Assembly (NCBI RefSeq): GCF_018977255.1
Contig: NW_024704742.1
Location: 114,454,001 to 114,518,000, forward strand
Direction: 5' to 3'
DNA length: 64,000 nt
Source: Callorhinchus milii
Lineage: Eukaryota
Shown: piece after piece, positions 27,246 through 39,095 of the stretch
How positions within the stretch are numbered: the first letter of the stretch is position 1
Layout: each line of letters starts with the position of its first letter
Position numbers and translations under genes: made by a program
Notes under the pieces: model-generated
The model's database searches: none
What the model saw: the letters and a program-made list of their open reading frames with translations, nothing else
Told to the model about the DNA's origin: nothing

Positions 27246-27936
27246 GGGTGGGGGGAAGAAATAAAAATAAATAAAATGGAAAAAAAAGCAATGGGGGTGG
27301 GGGGAGTGCTAATGAAGAGAATGGGTCTAACCACAGAAACTGTACATGTGAATACATTTTAGTGCCATACCTTAGATTTAAAGGGTTTTCACTCAAAGTG
27401 TTCCAGAAATTTCAGTGCTTCTGTGAAAAGTTAAGTTTTGTTTGTGTGTTAACCTATTTTTTCCAACAAAAGCTAATTCTGCACCATCACTAAAAGTATA
27501 AACTAGGCTTTGTGGGTTATTTATTCCATTGAAGAATATTCTTGAAGCTAAATTATTACACTCTGCTTCTTCTACCAGGGACTATTAACTTTATGATGCC
27601 TTTTCCAGCTGAGAGGACAATGAGGTAGGTTATATCTTGATGCAAATGCAGAGCATTATCAGCGATATTTACTTTGAATAAAAAATAAACCTGTGGAGTA
27701 GAAGAGGAAGACACTTATCTGTCTTCTCTTTTCAATCAGGTTGTTTTCCAAGGAATTGTCTCACTTAGGGGAGGGAGGTGAGGCATTTTTTCAGGTCTGC
27801 TGTAGTACATCTCCAAGTATCCAATTGCAGACATTGGAAAGGGCCTTACAACAACAACTTGCATTTATGTAGTGCCATTTGCAAGCATAATGTCATTACA
27901 CATTTGTACATATATTTGTGGACCCCTGCAGCATAT

Positions 27937-28324
27937 GTGGAGTCCTGTGGCTTATTAGTTAGAATACTTGCCGTGCAAGCGAGAGGATCCTGGTTTGATT
28001 CCTGGGCAGAGCGAAACCTAAGGCAAGTTTCCTTAGCCCACACACATCTGTTTACCTAGCAGTAAGTAGGAACCTGGTTGTTAGTCAATTGGCAGATCGC
28101 TTTCTGGGGGTAACAATACCCTCAAAAAAATATATAAATAAAAAAAATGCGGTCACTCATTCCACGACTGTTTGTGGGACACAGCTGGCGCAATTTGCTA
28201 CCGCATTTCGTCCACAAATATACAGTCAATTCACTTTACAGTATATTCAATGAAGCGCTTTGAGATGTCTCAACGACGTGATAAGGTGCTATATCAAATG
28301 CAAGAATTATTATTATTATTATTA
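27937..28324 (+). mobile_element. Young tRNA-derived SINE, long form
   Basis: Same head and tail as the short form plus the internal block ctgtttacctagcagtaagtaggaacc... Confidence 0.9.
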
Positions 28325-28329
28325 AGTGT

Positions 28330-29090
28330 AATGCGCTTTGCTAAGATGGGGTCAGAAACCAAGCCATGACACACTGAGAAGAGGGGGTTGGGGGAAGTGA
28401 CCATAGGCGTGGGCAAAGAGGTAGGCCTTAAGATGTAAACACAGATAGAGAGCGGGTGAGACGCAGCGGTGGAGAGAGAAAACTCCAGGCATTAGGAGTG
28501 TAGAATTTTAAATCTCAGCCCCCAATGGCAGCAAAGAGAGGATAGAGCTTGCTTAGTAACTAGAGTTAACTGAGTAGAGGGAGTGAGCGGAGGAGTGGGG
28601 TAAGAGGATAGCAGAATATCAGGAGCAGGGCTGATGAGTGTGCAAAGTTTGGTGTAGGTGAAAGAATTTTAAATAAATTGAAGTTTATGGATAGTGGAAA
28701 GAGGAATGCATTTGATAGTCCAGACGGGAAGCAACAAAGGTTAAAGGTTAATGGATAAGGGTTTTGATAGCATTTGGTGTGAAATAGAGGTGGCGGTGGG
28801 TGTTTGGGCGGAGATACAGAAAAGCAGTCTTGGTCAGGACTTGGTCAGGAAGGAGAAAATAGAGCTGAGGTTTGAAACAGACAGCAAAGTTGTGTAATGG
28901 TTGGTTGAGTTTGAGAGAGAAGGCCGGGAGGGTGAACAGGTCAGAGGAGGAAGTGAGGAGTCACTCGCAGGAGCCAAGGAGAAGGATGGCTTCCATCTTG
29001 GCCATATCAAGTTGCAGGAAATTGTGGCTCATCCAAGCCTTAATGTTTGACAGGGAGGCGGACAGAACATCAGTGGACCTGGAATCAATA
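28330..29090 (-). mobile_element. Old L2 fragment (its tail at about 27848-27880 is separated by the SINE)
   Basis: ORF SLSNIKAWMSHNFLQLDMAKMEAILL. Confidence 0.8.
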
Positions 29091-30640
29091 CCAAATTGCA
29101 AGGTTATTCGGCTGAACAAATTGTGGAGACCATGCAGACAAAAGGAATTAGAGTGAAAATTCTGAGATAATGAGGAAGAAAAGGGATGAAAAATAGTAAG
29201 TTCAGCTCCATTCATAAGCATTGCACAAAAATTGGTTGCTGTATTCACCCACAAAGTATAATCACTTTACAATAAATCCTGCAAAACGCTTTGAGTTGCC
29301 CTCCTGATGTGAAAGCCGCTATATCAAATGTAAGGATTATTATTATTTATGACTTTGAAAAGTCTTATCTTTAATATTTGCAAAATGACTAATTGCAATT
29401 TATGAAAGGCATCAATGTTTAAAAAAGCAGAGGAGCAAAACAGAATGATGGTGTCTTTGTCTCCAGCCTTTTTTTCATACTTTGTCGGCTTTTGGACTTC
29501 GTAATTGTGAATATTGAAAAGTAAATGATGTTTGGAAAGTAACAGTTATTGGATCACTTTCGTGTTACGGATATACTAAATTAGACCCAAGTATTATCAT
29601 CTAATTCACTTGTGTTCCTATAAACAAATAATTTGAAAATCTCAAACCCAAACTTGCAATACTGAGTCTCTGAATGTTAGCCAATCCTGAAATTTGAAAC
29701 TCCTAATTAAGCTTGTCTTTAAGTATCAACCACTGTTATTTTCACCACCCTTAGCAGCGATATTGCACATGGGTGAAAATAACACATGCCAATTATGTGC
29801 TGCAATTTCAAGTGCTACACTGGGACCATTAAAGTGTGTAGTAAGCTTTCCTCACAAAGCCAAGTGGTGTGCACACTGACATTACAAAAACAATGGCAAG
29901 AACTTTGAGGCCTCATTACCTTGTGAACCTTTATGTTAACACACAAATAAAGAAGAGTTTATTTCTAAACCATGGCACCACAGACATCCATTGATTCGTT
30001 TGGCATAAAAGACCCATATTGAAATATGAAAATTAGAGTAAAAAGTTTATGACTTGTCCTAAGTGTCAGCATTTGATGAATCTTTTAGGTTATAAATTAT
30101 GTTGCCACATTGAGTCAGGGATTGACTGGGTCAAGGATTTGTAGGATGTAATTCAATCCTTTCAAGTATCACACAGTGAGTTTCTGATCTTGGCCAGGAC
30201 ATTGGGGAGATACAGATGCCTCTCCATTGGGAAGAAGGATAATCATTGTTTTCACATAGCTTCAAATGTCTGCTTTCAGTTCACCAGAGCACTCTGACTG
30301 AAATTGATGTTTGCAGCAGCATGTCTGAAAGATGGGTGAAATCAACTGAAAGGGGGGTATATTTAAAAAAGTGAGAGTCCAATATTCATAAAGTTAAACC
30401 TTTGTCCAGCTTCAAAATAGATCAGTAAATTCACAGCTCATTGATTAAGAACAATCCAGTTTGGATACTCTTAAGCATAGTGATGGGCTTCCAAAGCAGG
30501 CGGACACTCGGTTGACCCCCCCCCCCTCCACCAAATTAAACCTTTGTCCTGCTCCCAAATAGTTTAGTATATTCACTGCTCAATTTGTTGACCATGAACA
30601 GTTCAGTTTGGATGCCTAGGGTGTGTTAGGGGTGGCTATT

Positions 30641-31257
30641 GTGGATTCCTGTAGCTCAGTGATTAGAGCAATCGCATCATAAGCAAGAGACCTGGGTTTG
30701 ATTCCCGGCAGGGCAAAACCTTGGGCAAGTTTCCTTACTCCATACACCTGATAGTAATCCCTCAAGAAAAAAAAACAATAATAAATTGGTCACTTCAATC
30801 CAGGGCTGTTTGTGGGACACTGCTGTGTGCAATTGGCTGCTGCATTTTGCCCACAAATATAATAATAATAATAATAATCCTTGCATTTGATATAGAGCTT
30901 TTCACGTCAGAATAGACTGCAAAGTAAATTGACTATATATTTGTGGGCGAAATGCGGTAGCCAATTGCGCACAGCAGTGTCCCACAAACAGTCGTGGATT
31001 GAAAATAACCGATTTTTTTTTCTTAAGGGATTATTATTAGGCGTGTGGAGTAAGGAAACTTGCCCAAGGTTTTGCCCTGCCGGGAATCGAACCCAGGTCT
31101 CTCGCGTGCAAAGCGAGTGCTCTAACCACTGAGCTACAGAACTCCACAATACAGTCAATTCACTTTACAGTACATTCTGTGAAGCGCTTTGAGGCGTCTC
31201 GAAGACGTGATAAGCGCCATATCAAATGCAAGGATTATTATTATTATTATAATTATT
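30641..31257 (+). mobile_element. Short-form SINE split by an oppositely oriented SINE
   Basis: Head and body 30641-30860, tail resumes 31148-31257. Confidence 0.88.
30861..31147 (-). mobile_element. Short-form SINE, CpG-rich and probably young
   Basis: (AAT)n tail at left, head cgggaatcgaacccagg...ctaaccactgagctacagaactccac at right. Confidence 0.9.
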
Positions 31258-31592
31258 GTCACATTCTTGTGGCGTTTTGATGGATTTCAGAATTTCTGGG
31301 CTCGGCATCTAAATAATGCTCACTGTCGGGAGGGAGTCACACAGGAGAAAATACCCACTTGAGCCAAGATACAGCTGAACCAGCAGCTCTGGAAAAGGAG
31401 CCGTCTTCACAAGAGGGGAGAAAATCGGGATGACTCCACCTTCACAACTTGCCCATTTATTTATTGACCTCCTGATTTATCTGTAACGTTCAGCAACGTT
31501 TCGGGTCGGTCCCCTTTCCAGACTAATCTCGCCACCGGCGCAGAACTTAAAATCGTCTGACCAAAATCTTGTGGCTGGATAGAGACCTATAA

Positions 31593-31662
31593 ATATATAT
31601 ATGTGTATGTGCGTGTGTGTGTGGTGTGTGTGCGGTGTGTGTGTGGTGTGTGCGCGCGTGTG
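31593..31662. repeat. Compound (TA)n/(TG)n microsatellite
   Basis: Directly visible. Confidence 0.9.
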
Positions 31663-32496
31663 AGCAACATGCAGTTGGGAGACGGCTCCAGGTATGATTT
31701 CCCCGCAGCCACCTCAAAAAACGCTGCATATACATATATATATTTTTATTTTTTCCGCGCGCGTCGTGGGTCGGTGTGCACAACTTGCACCAGATCAGCG
31801 GCGGCGGTGGGGAGGGGAGAAATATTTTTTTTGGGGGGGGGGGGGGCAAAAAAATTTTTTGGGGGGTCGTCCCCCCACCCCCCCACTACAAATTTTTTTT
31901 TTTTTTTAAAAACGTTTGCGTGTTTTTTTTTGCCCCCCACCCACCAAAAAAAAAGAAGAAGAAGAACATTTTTGCAATGAAAAAAACCATGAGTCTTTTC
32001 AAACGCGCTGCTGGCGGCCAACTTTGCTGTGGCGAGTCACTGCGCTGTCAGACAGCGGGAGGGAGGGAGGGAGGGAGAAGCAGTCACTGCAACAGCTGTT
32101 TCTTGACCCCGACTGTCAGTCTTCCCGAGAATAAATTTCTGGAGTGTCCCATTTACCCGCCCGCGGGGGATCAGCCCGAGCCCGAGGCCCGAGACCCGAG
32201 CCCCGGCCCGCGAGGGTGGGAGGGTGGGGCGGGGCCGGGGTGCGGTGCGGTGCGGGTCAGGCCCGGCCCGGCCCGGCCCCCGGGGCTGGGGTGGCGGGAG
32301 GCCCGGGGCGGGGGAGGCCCGGGGCCGGGGCCCGGGGTGGGGTTGGTGGGGATGGGGGACCGGCTGTGTGTTTACACGGCGCGTTTTCCCCCGTCGGCCG
32401 AGTGCAGTTGGAGGGAGTCCGACACAGACTCCAGTAATTCCCCAGTCAGAGGGCGACTTGAAACCGCTGCTGAATAGCATTTACTCTTCCCTCAGC

Positions 32497-32574
32497 CCTC
32501 CTCCCTCCCTCCCTCCCTCTCTCTCTCTCTCTCACACACACACAGATATATATATATTTATATATATATATATA
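32497..32574. repeat. Compound (CCCT)n(CT)n(CA)n(TA)n microsatellite
   Basis: Directly visible. Confidence 0.9.
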
Positions 32575-34739
32575 AACCCCGGAAGTTTAGCCCTTTACGC
32601 TGCTCTCTCGCCAAACTTTCTCTCGACACTTGCTATTTTTTTTGTGTGTGTTTGCATTTCGGGTATGTGCTCGAACTCTCTTTATCTAATGCGACCCCCA
32701 CCCCCTCCCCCCCACCAGCGCTTGGCTGTTTATTTTATGTGTATATATATATATGTGTGTGTGTGTATATCTATGCATATATATAAATATATATATGGGT
32801 ATAAACTGAGCAGCATTTAGGGTTTGAGGGTGTGTTTTTGTAACCATTATTGTTATGGGGATGGCTGTGAGGTGGAGAGGGAGAGGGAGAAGGAGGGAAG
32901 AAACCTGATGATAAAAACCCGTAGTTTTATGTTGCAAAACTGCTTATTGCCCCTTCCCCCCCCCCCCCCACTCCTCCCCCATCACCCCTCCCCCCCCACT
33001 CTTCACCCCCCACCCCCTCACTCACTCACTCTCCTTATACCCCACCCACCCACTATTTTGCATTTTCGTTTGTCGTCACGAGTTGCAGAGCTAATCGTTT
33101 AAAAAATATACAGCAAAAATATTAAAATTCTCCCCCCCCCCCCAAAAAAAAATGATGAGCATTAAAACAGACTGGACATGTGGCACTGTGCTGACATGTG
33201 CAGTTAGAGGGGAGAAGGGATGCATCTGATGTGGTTGAAAATAATTAGTTTACCAGAGCTTCTGACTTGTCCCTTACTGTATGAGTGTTTCTTCTAAAAC
33301 CTGACTGCATCTGATCTGTGTGTGTATAATTTTGGATGCTGTTATGTTAACTGAATTACTGTAGGTCACAAAAGGTAATGCCTTTCATTTCCGAACAATG
33401 ATTAACAAAATGAGTCACACATCTCCCCTCCCTTTCTGCTTAAGAAGCTACCATTGTGTTTACAGTGAAAACTGCAAGAATTGTATTCTGTTTCTTATAT
33501 TTTTGGAGTCCAATATGGCTTATTTAACTATTTTGTTCTTGATAGATGACTACTTTGGTATCACATTGCATCTCTTGTGCCTCTGATTGCTGTCTAAGAC
33601 TTGGTGTTTATAAAGGTGAGACTATATAATATGCTCATGTAACCAGTTTTAGTAAAATATTTGTACACTTTGTTTTGTTTATTATCAATATGCACTGACT
33701 TGCATAGTTGATAATATGTTCCAGCTCAGACCGCTACTATTATGTATTGTAGTCTGACCTGCAAATTCTAAGCAATGAGCTTTCCAAAGTTTCTTTGGAA
33801 ATTGTGTTTACATACATTTTGAGCAACAAAGACTATGAATGACTATCCTCAGATGTTTTTTCAGCACAGCAATGTAAGCCTCTGGTGTGTGTTGATGTTT
33901 ATAATGTATCAATTTGGAAATGCAAACAAAAAACAATTGTGTTGGGCTGTGAAATACAGGGCATAGAAATCTTAGCAGTATCTCAGTGATTGCTGGAGAA
34001 AAATATTATTTTAGTGAGCCCTTTTAGAAAAATTTGCTATTTGTTCTCCAGAATAGTCACAGAGATAGAAACCAGTGTGTTTGGGTTGTGGTCCCCCTGG
34101 ATAATGCGATCATCTAGTTTTTGGTTTGTTCTGCCCGCATACTTCCTTCAGGGCATGAGCACCCATGCAGTTTCCTCTAGCTGGGAGGGATTGGGACACA
34201 ACATCTATTCATGACTTACTTGCTCTGTGATTAGTTAGCAAGAGACAAGACAGGGTTACAGCACCAAGAGATGGTCCGGTTTCCTGATGGTGTAGGAAGA
34301 CGTGAGTTTGGCTGGGGTTAATAATAGCAAAATCATTATGCATAAAAGTGAAAGAAAAACAATTGGGATCCTTTAATTAATCAAACTGGTTAGTTCTCAA
34401 CACTAGAAATATTATTATTTGGGAGGCCTGAATTCAAGTAGCAGCCGTCTATGAAATTTTTATTCTTGCTTCCCAAATCAGAGAGACAAATTGAAATTTG
34501 TCTGTGAGATGGGGAAAATCAAACGGCTGGAGAATAAGCGAGCCTCCAAGGAAAACGATCACAAGAGATGTACAGATGAATGAATTCAAGATTGTGACTC
34601 CGGGAGTAACAGGAGAGGTTCTTCTCCCAGAGGGTTGTTGAAGTACGGAATGATTTGCCAGGGGTGGCTGTTAGAACAGAGTCAATTGGAGCGTTTAAAA
34701 AAAGAATTGGAGAAATATATGCACAGGCAGAATACTCGA

Positions 34740-35140
34740 AGGAACAAGGGAAAAGGAACAGGCCATTCAGCCGCTCATGCCTGTTCTTCCATTCTATTAG
34801 ATCATAGCTGATCTGTTCCTGAAGTCCAATTACCCATCCTTGCCCCATATCCTTTGATCCCCTTACTGAACAAAAATCTATCCACATCAGTCTTGAAATT
34901 GATCCAGCACCCACAGCCCTTTGGGGGAGAGAGATCCACAACCATATGCGTGATAAAATGTTTCCTGATTTCACCCCTAAATGGCCTAGCTCTAATTTTA
35001 AGATTATGCCCCCTTGTTCTGGATTCCCTCGCCAGAGGAAATAGTTTCTTTATAGCTACCCTATCGAATCTCTTTCTCATTTCAAACACCTCAATCAGAT
35101 CACCCCTTAACCTTCTAAACTCAAGGGAATACAGACCAGG
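34740..35140 (-). mobile_element. CR1 LINE 3' end
   Basis: GLYSLEFRRLRGDLIEVF...ESRTRGHNLKIRARPFRGEIRKHF; 3' UTR tgaatggcctgttcct. Abuts an older + strand CR1 piece at about 34570-34735. Confidence 0.92.
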
Positions 35141-35599
35141 GAAAGAGCGGGGAATGGTTCCAAGGATGAATGGCTTCTTGGAGCAGTAAACACTGACCCC
35201 ACAAAATGAGCTTCCTATTTTGTCATTCATCTCTGCAGCTCTATGAATGTTGAAGATTCATATGGTCTTAGCTGATCACAATACGCACCTTATCGTTTTC
35301 CTATTATGGCATCAAACCATTTCTTAAACATGTCCAGCATCCTGGCTTCCACCATTGTTCCAGTTGTTACTTGTCATAATTTATTGTGTGTAAAATAAAA
35401 CTTTCTGGTGCCTGTCCTGAAATTGCTCTTCGTCTGTACCCTCTTCTTCTTGTGCTTTTGTGTTGGCATGTCACTCGGTATTTACTTTTCTCAATCCAGT
35501 GTAGCATCTTGTATATTTCTGTAACGCCTTCGTTCCTTTTCAAAATTGAAGCGCCCCTATCTAATTATTTCTAAGAATTACCTTGGGTATGTGAACTGG

Positions 35600-36400
35600 A
35601 CGGCCCCCAACCTGTTATCCAAGGAAGATATTGTGCATTTGAGAAAAATAGTGTAGGATTAAACCTCCCAGAACATCTAAAAGTTGTGAGGAGTTGAAGA
35701 ACATAGGGTCTTGGGCATTTGGGTAAATAATCACTAAAAGCTAGTTCACAGACGCAGAGACCCATTTCCAATGTTAACGGGAAACTAGATTTCATACCAA
35801 GAGGCATAGAATACAAATGTAACAAAACAATGACACATTACATTTGTATAGACAGTCAGGGATTTGTACCCGAGCAGCGGGTTGGGATCAGGAAGGGTGG
35901 AGGGTAGCGAGGGTAAGGGTAGGAGGGTGACCGAAGGTGTAATCGAAGAGGAGGGTCTTGAGATGGTATTTAAATGCAGTGTTCTTCTATTGAGGCTGAA
36001 CAAGGCTATTGGGATTCTTGGAGGAAGCGTTTGGTTTTAGTGAGAATCTAGCATGGATTGACAAAGATAATGGTGAGGGGTGGAACTACAGTGTTAGCCT
36101 GGGACCTGTGTTCCCTATAGTTGATGATGTTAAGGGGCAATTTAATTGAAATGTTCAAAATTATGAAGGAAATGGACAAATAGAATTGGCCCTTAGTGGG
36201 CCAATCAATTACAAGAGGACTCGGCCTTTAGAATTAAGACAAATGGATTATGACTGAGGCAAAAGTGTGTTTCTTCATGCAGTGAGTGATTAAAATGTAC
36301 CTGCCTCAGATTACCTGAGATGAGAAATTGATTGAGGGAGATGGATAGACACTTGAAGTAGAAATATTAAAGGATATATCAAGGAAGCAGGGAAATGGAT
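35600..36400 (+). mobile_element. Degenerate CR1 with an L2 tail (about 35821-35975, minus) inserted
   Basis: tcactaaaagctagttcacag...gaggcatagaatacaaa; ttaaggggcaatttaattgaaatgttcaaaattatgaagg. Confidence 0.7.
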
Positions 36401-37684
36401 TCAGGCAATAGTACATAGTGCAATGATGTGTGCATTGGTTTATGGTGAAGAGAACCTGATGAGCAAGGGGTGGTGCAATGTGATGTTATGATAGACATAG
36501 AGAATACTCCAAATTACCAGTATTTTAAAATTTGTAAAACAGGTTGTCACTATTATACACGTAATTATAATATAACATTATAAAATGTATGATGTGTATG
36601 ATTTTTGACTGTTCTATGTTTACCATAATTACACTTTTTGCTTCAACAACCATATCTATGAAAATTAGGGGTCATCTTATGATCAAGGTTGCTTTATATT
36701 TGGAAAAATAAGGTATATATTTGACCTGGTGGGTGAAACGCCTTAAACTCACAGAAGGATTATGCAAATTCTTTTTTTTCTTTTGCTTGTGGTTATAGCT
36801 TCAAGCCAGGTGGTCATTCAAAATTATGTTTAAAAAGTTGAAATGAATCTGCGTGCATTATAGTCAGATTCCACCACATCAAGCGTTTCTGGAGGATTCA
36901 TCATTAAAAAAATTATCTTATTTAAGTATAACTTGCTAAATTAAGCTAAAAACATTCCCATCGCTGGATAAAGGTTAACATTTAAGGTCTTGTATGTACT
37001 AAATTTTGGAGACTTTTCAAATGTGCAGATATAGCCATTGTCAAATCAAAAGGGATTTCGAAGTTATTCAGCCACGAGTTTTAACATCAGAATGTAGATT
37101 GCAAAGAAAGTGTGTGTAGGCTTTAAGAAACACAAACATACTGTAGTGCATCTCCAACTCTTGCTTGCCTTGCTCATCTTTTTAGTTTCTTGTTCAACAA
37201 AGTAGAACATTACAACTTCTTTCACACACAATTTTTATCGTAAAATGCTTTCCAAAATCTTGAGGCCCTCTGAAGGGTGAAAACTGTTTTAATTCAAATC
37301 TGTTCCAATTTGAAGTTGTAATCATTTAGTTATAGTATTTATAAACAGACATTGACCGTGTGTTTATACTGGGTCTGCAAGTCTTGGTGGCAATCATAGG
37401 TGACTTGTGCACTGATGACATATCGCTCCGTGTGTGGGATATGGATTGAGTGATAATATGATTGCATAATGACCATATCATTGAACCCTGAGCATTTTGA
37501 AATAAAAATTCCTTGTGAAGGAATTTCAAAATGTATTATTTCTTGCATGCATATTGTGTTTTCCAATTTTTTCAAATTATAGTTATCTCTTCGCTTTGGA
37601 GGTTATTAATTTTTCCTTTGTTTTATTAATCAATGTTCTGAATAGCATTTTAAGTTTCTCTCTTGAATAATTGGCTTCAAATTA

Positions 37685-39013
37685 CCTCACCAACCTCAGT
37701 GAGGAGATGACATTCCACGTTGATAGTGCCTCCTTGTCTTACGTGAGCTTTCTGGTGCCTTCGACACCGTCGACCATTCCGTTCTTCCCCATTGCCCTTC
37801 CTCTCTGCTCCTCCTTCACAGTTCTGTCCTTACCTGGCTTCATTCTTTCCTATCCCAGCGTCTCCACTTTGTACCTGCCAACGGCTCTCCTCCCACCCCC
37901 GCACCGTCATACATGTAAAGCATTTTCTTGTGCCTTTGTGGAAGATCTTTGGAAGACAAGCCACTCTATATGATATGACTTCGCAGCAACAACAACAACA
38001 ACAACAACAAATTGCATTCCTTGGGGCTCTATCCTTGGTCTTTCCTCTCTAATGTTTACATGCTTTGGCTTAATCATGTTATCCGCAGGCATGAGGTTAA
38101 ATTCCACGTGCATGTAGATGACACCCAGCTCTATCTTTCTTCTTCCACTGTTGATTCCAAGATTACTGCTGTCCTGACATCAGTTCCTGGATGAGAGCTA
38201 ACTTTTTCCAATTGAATGTCGACAAGATAGAGGCTCTCCTGATTGGCTCCCGCCAGTAACTTCTCACCTCAGGTGCTGATGTAATCACTATACATGGCTG
38301 CGCCTCCACCTCACTGAGCCAGTACGGAATCTGTGTGTTGTTCGACTCTCAACTGTCCTTTAAACACCACATTTGTGGCTTGACCCATTCAGCTTTTCCC
38401 ATCTCTGCAACATTGCCTGCCTTTGCCCTTGGGTTGCTGAGACTCTTATCTATGCCCTTATCACATCCAGCATTGAGTAGACTAACTCTTTGCTTAAACT
38501 CTCTTCCCAACTCTTCGCCCCACAAGCTGTAGACTATTCAAAACTCACTAATAGTGTCCACTCCTGCACCAGGCCCCTTGAGCCTATCTCCCCCACCTTC
38601 ACCCAGCTACGCTGACTTCCTGTCCACCAGAGGATCGAATTCAAGATTCTTATCCTCACTTTTAAAACTCTCCACGGTCTTACCCCACCCTACCTCTGTG
38701 ACCCTCTAAAACCTTACCAACCCGCCCTGCAAGTCCCCTGCACTGTCCACCCTGCCTTCGGGGATCAGGATTTTAGCTTTTCTGCCTCACTCTCTGCAGC
38801 TCTATCCCAGAGTCCCTTCTCTTTGCCCCTTCCCTCCCTTTCTTCAAGGTCCATCTCAGGACCTTCTTCTTTAACTGCACCTTTGGTCATTTTTACACCC
38901 CCACACCTCTTGAATCTGACCCCCTGCTCTGGTGCAAACATTTAACTGTCCAGGGCCTTGGGTGTCCTCCCAACGTGACAGACATTACATAAATGCAATT
39001 TGTTGTTGTTGTT
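37685..39013 (+). mobile_element. L2 LINE family A, 5'-truncated and degenerate
   Basis: HVIRRHEVKFHVHVDDTQLYLS; tail aaatgcaatttgttgttgttgtt. Confidence 0.9.
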
Positions 39014-39095
39014 GGCAAGTCATATATAGAATGGCTTGTCTTCTAAAGACCTTCGACAAAGGCACAAGAAAATGCTTTACATATGTGTTAGATTT

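Larger units (their letters stand above)
31300..32710. promoter_or_regulatory. CpG island / probable promoter
   Basis: Very GC- and CpG-rich core 32000-32460, GC boxes (GGGGCGGGG 32226-32234), ETS motif CCGGAAGT 32579-32586, candidate + strand donors at 31691 (CAG/GTATGA) and 32662 (CGG/GTATGT). Confidence 0.85.

Noticed and set aside
31603..32820. Overlapping Gly/Pro/Arg-rich ORFs in the CpG island
   Set aside because: Expected in GC-rich, low-complexity sequence; no recognisable protein similarity
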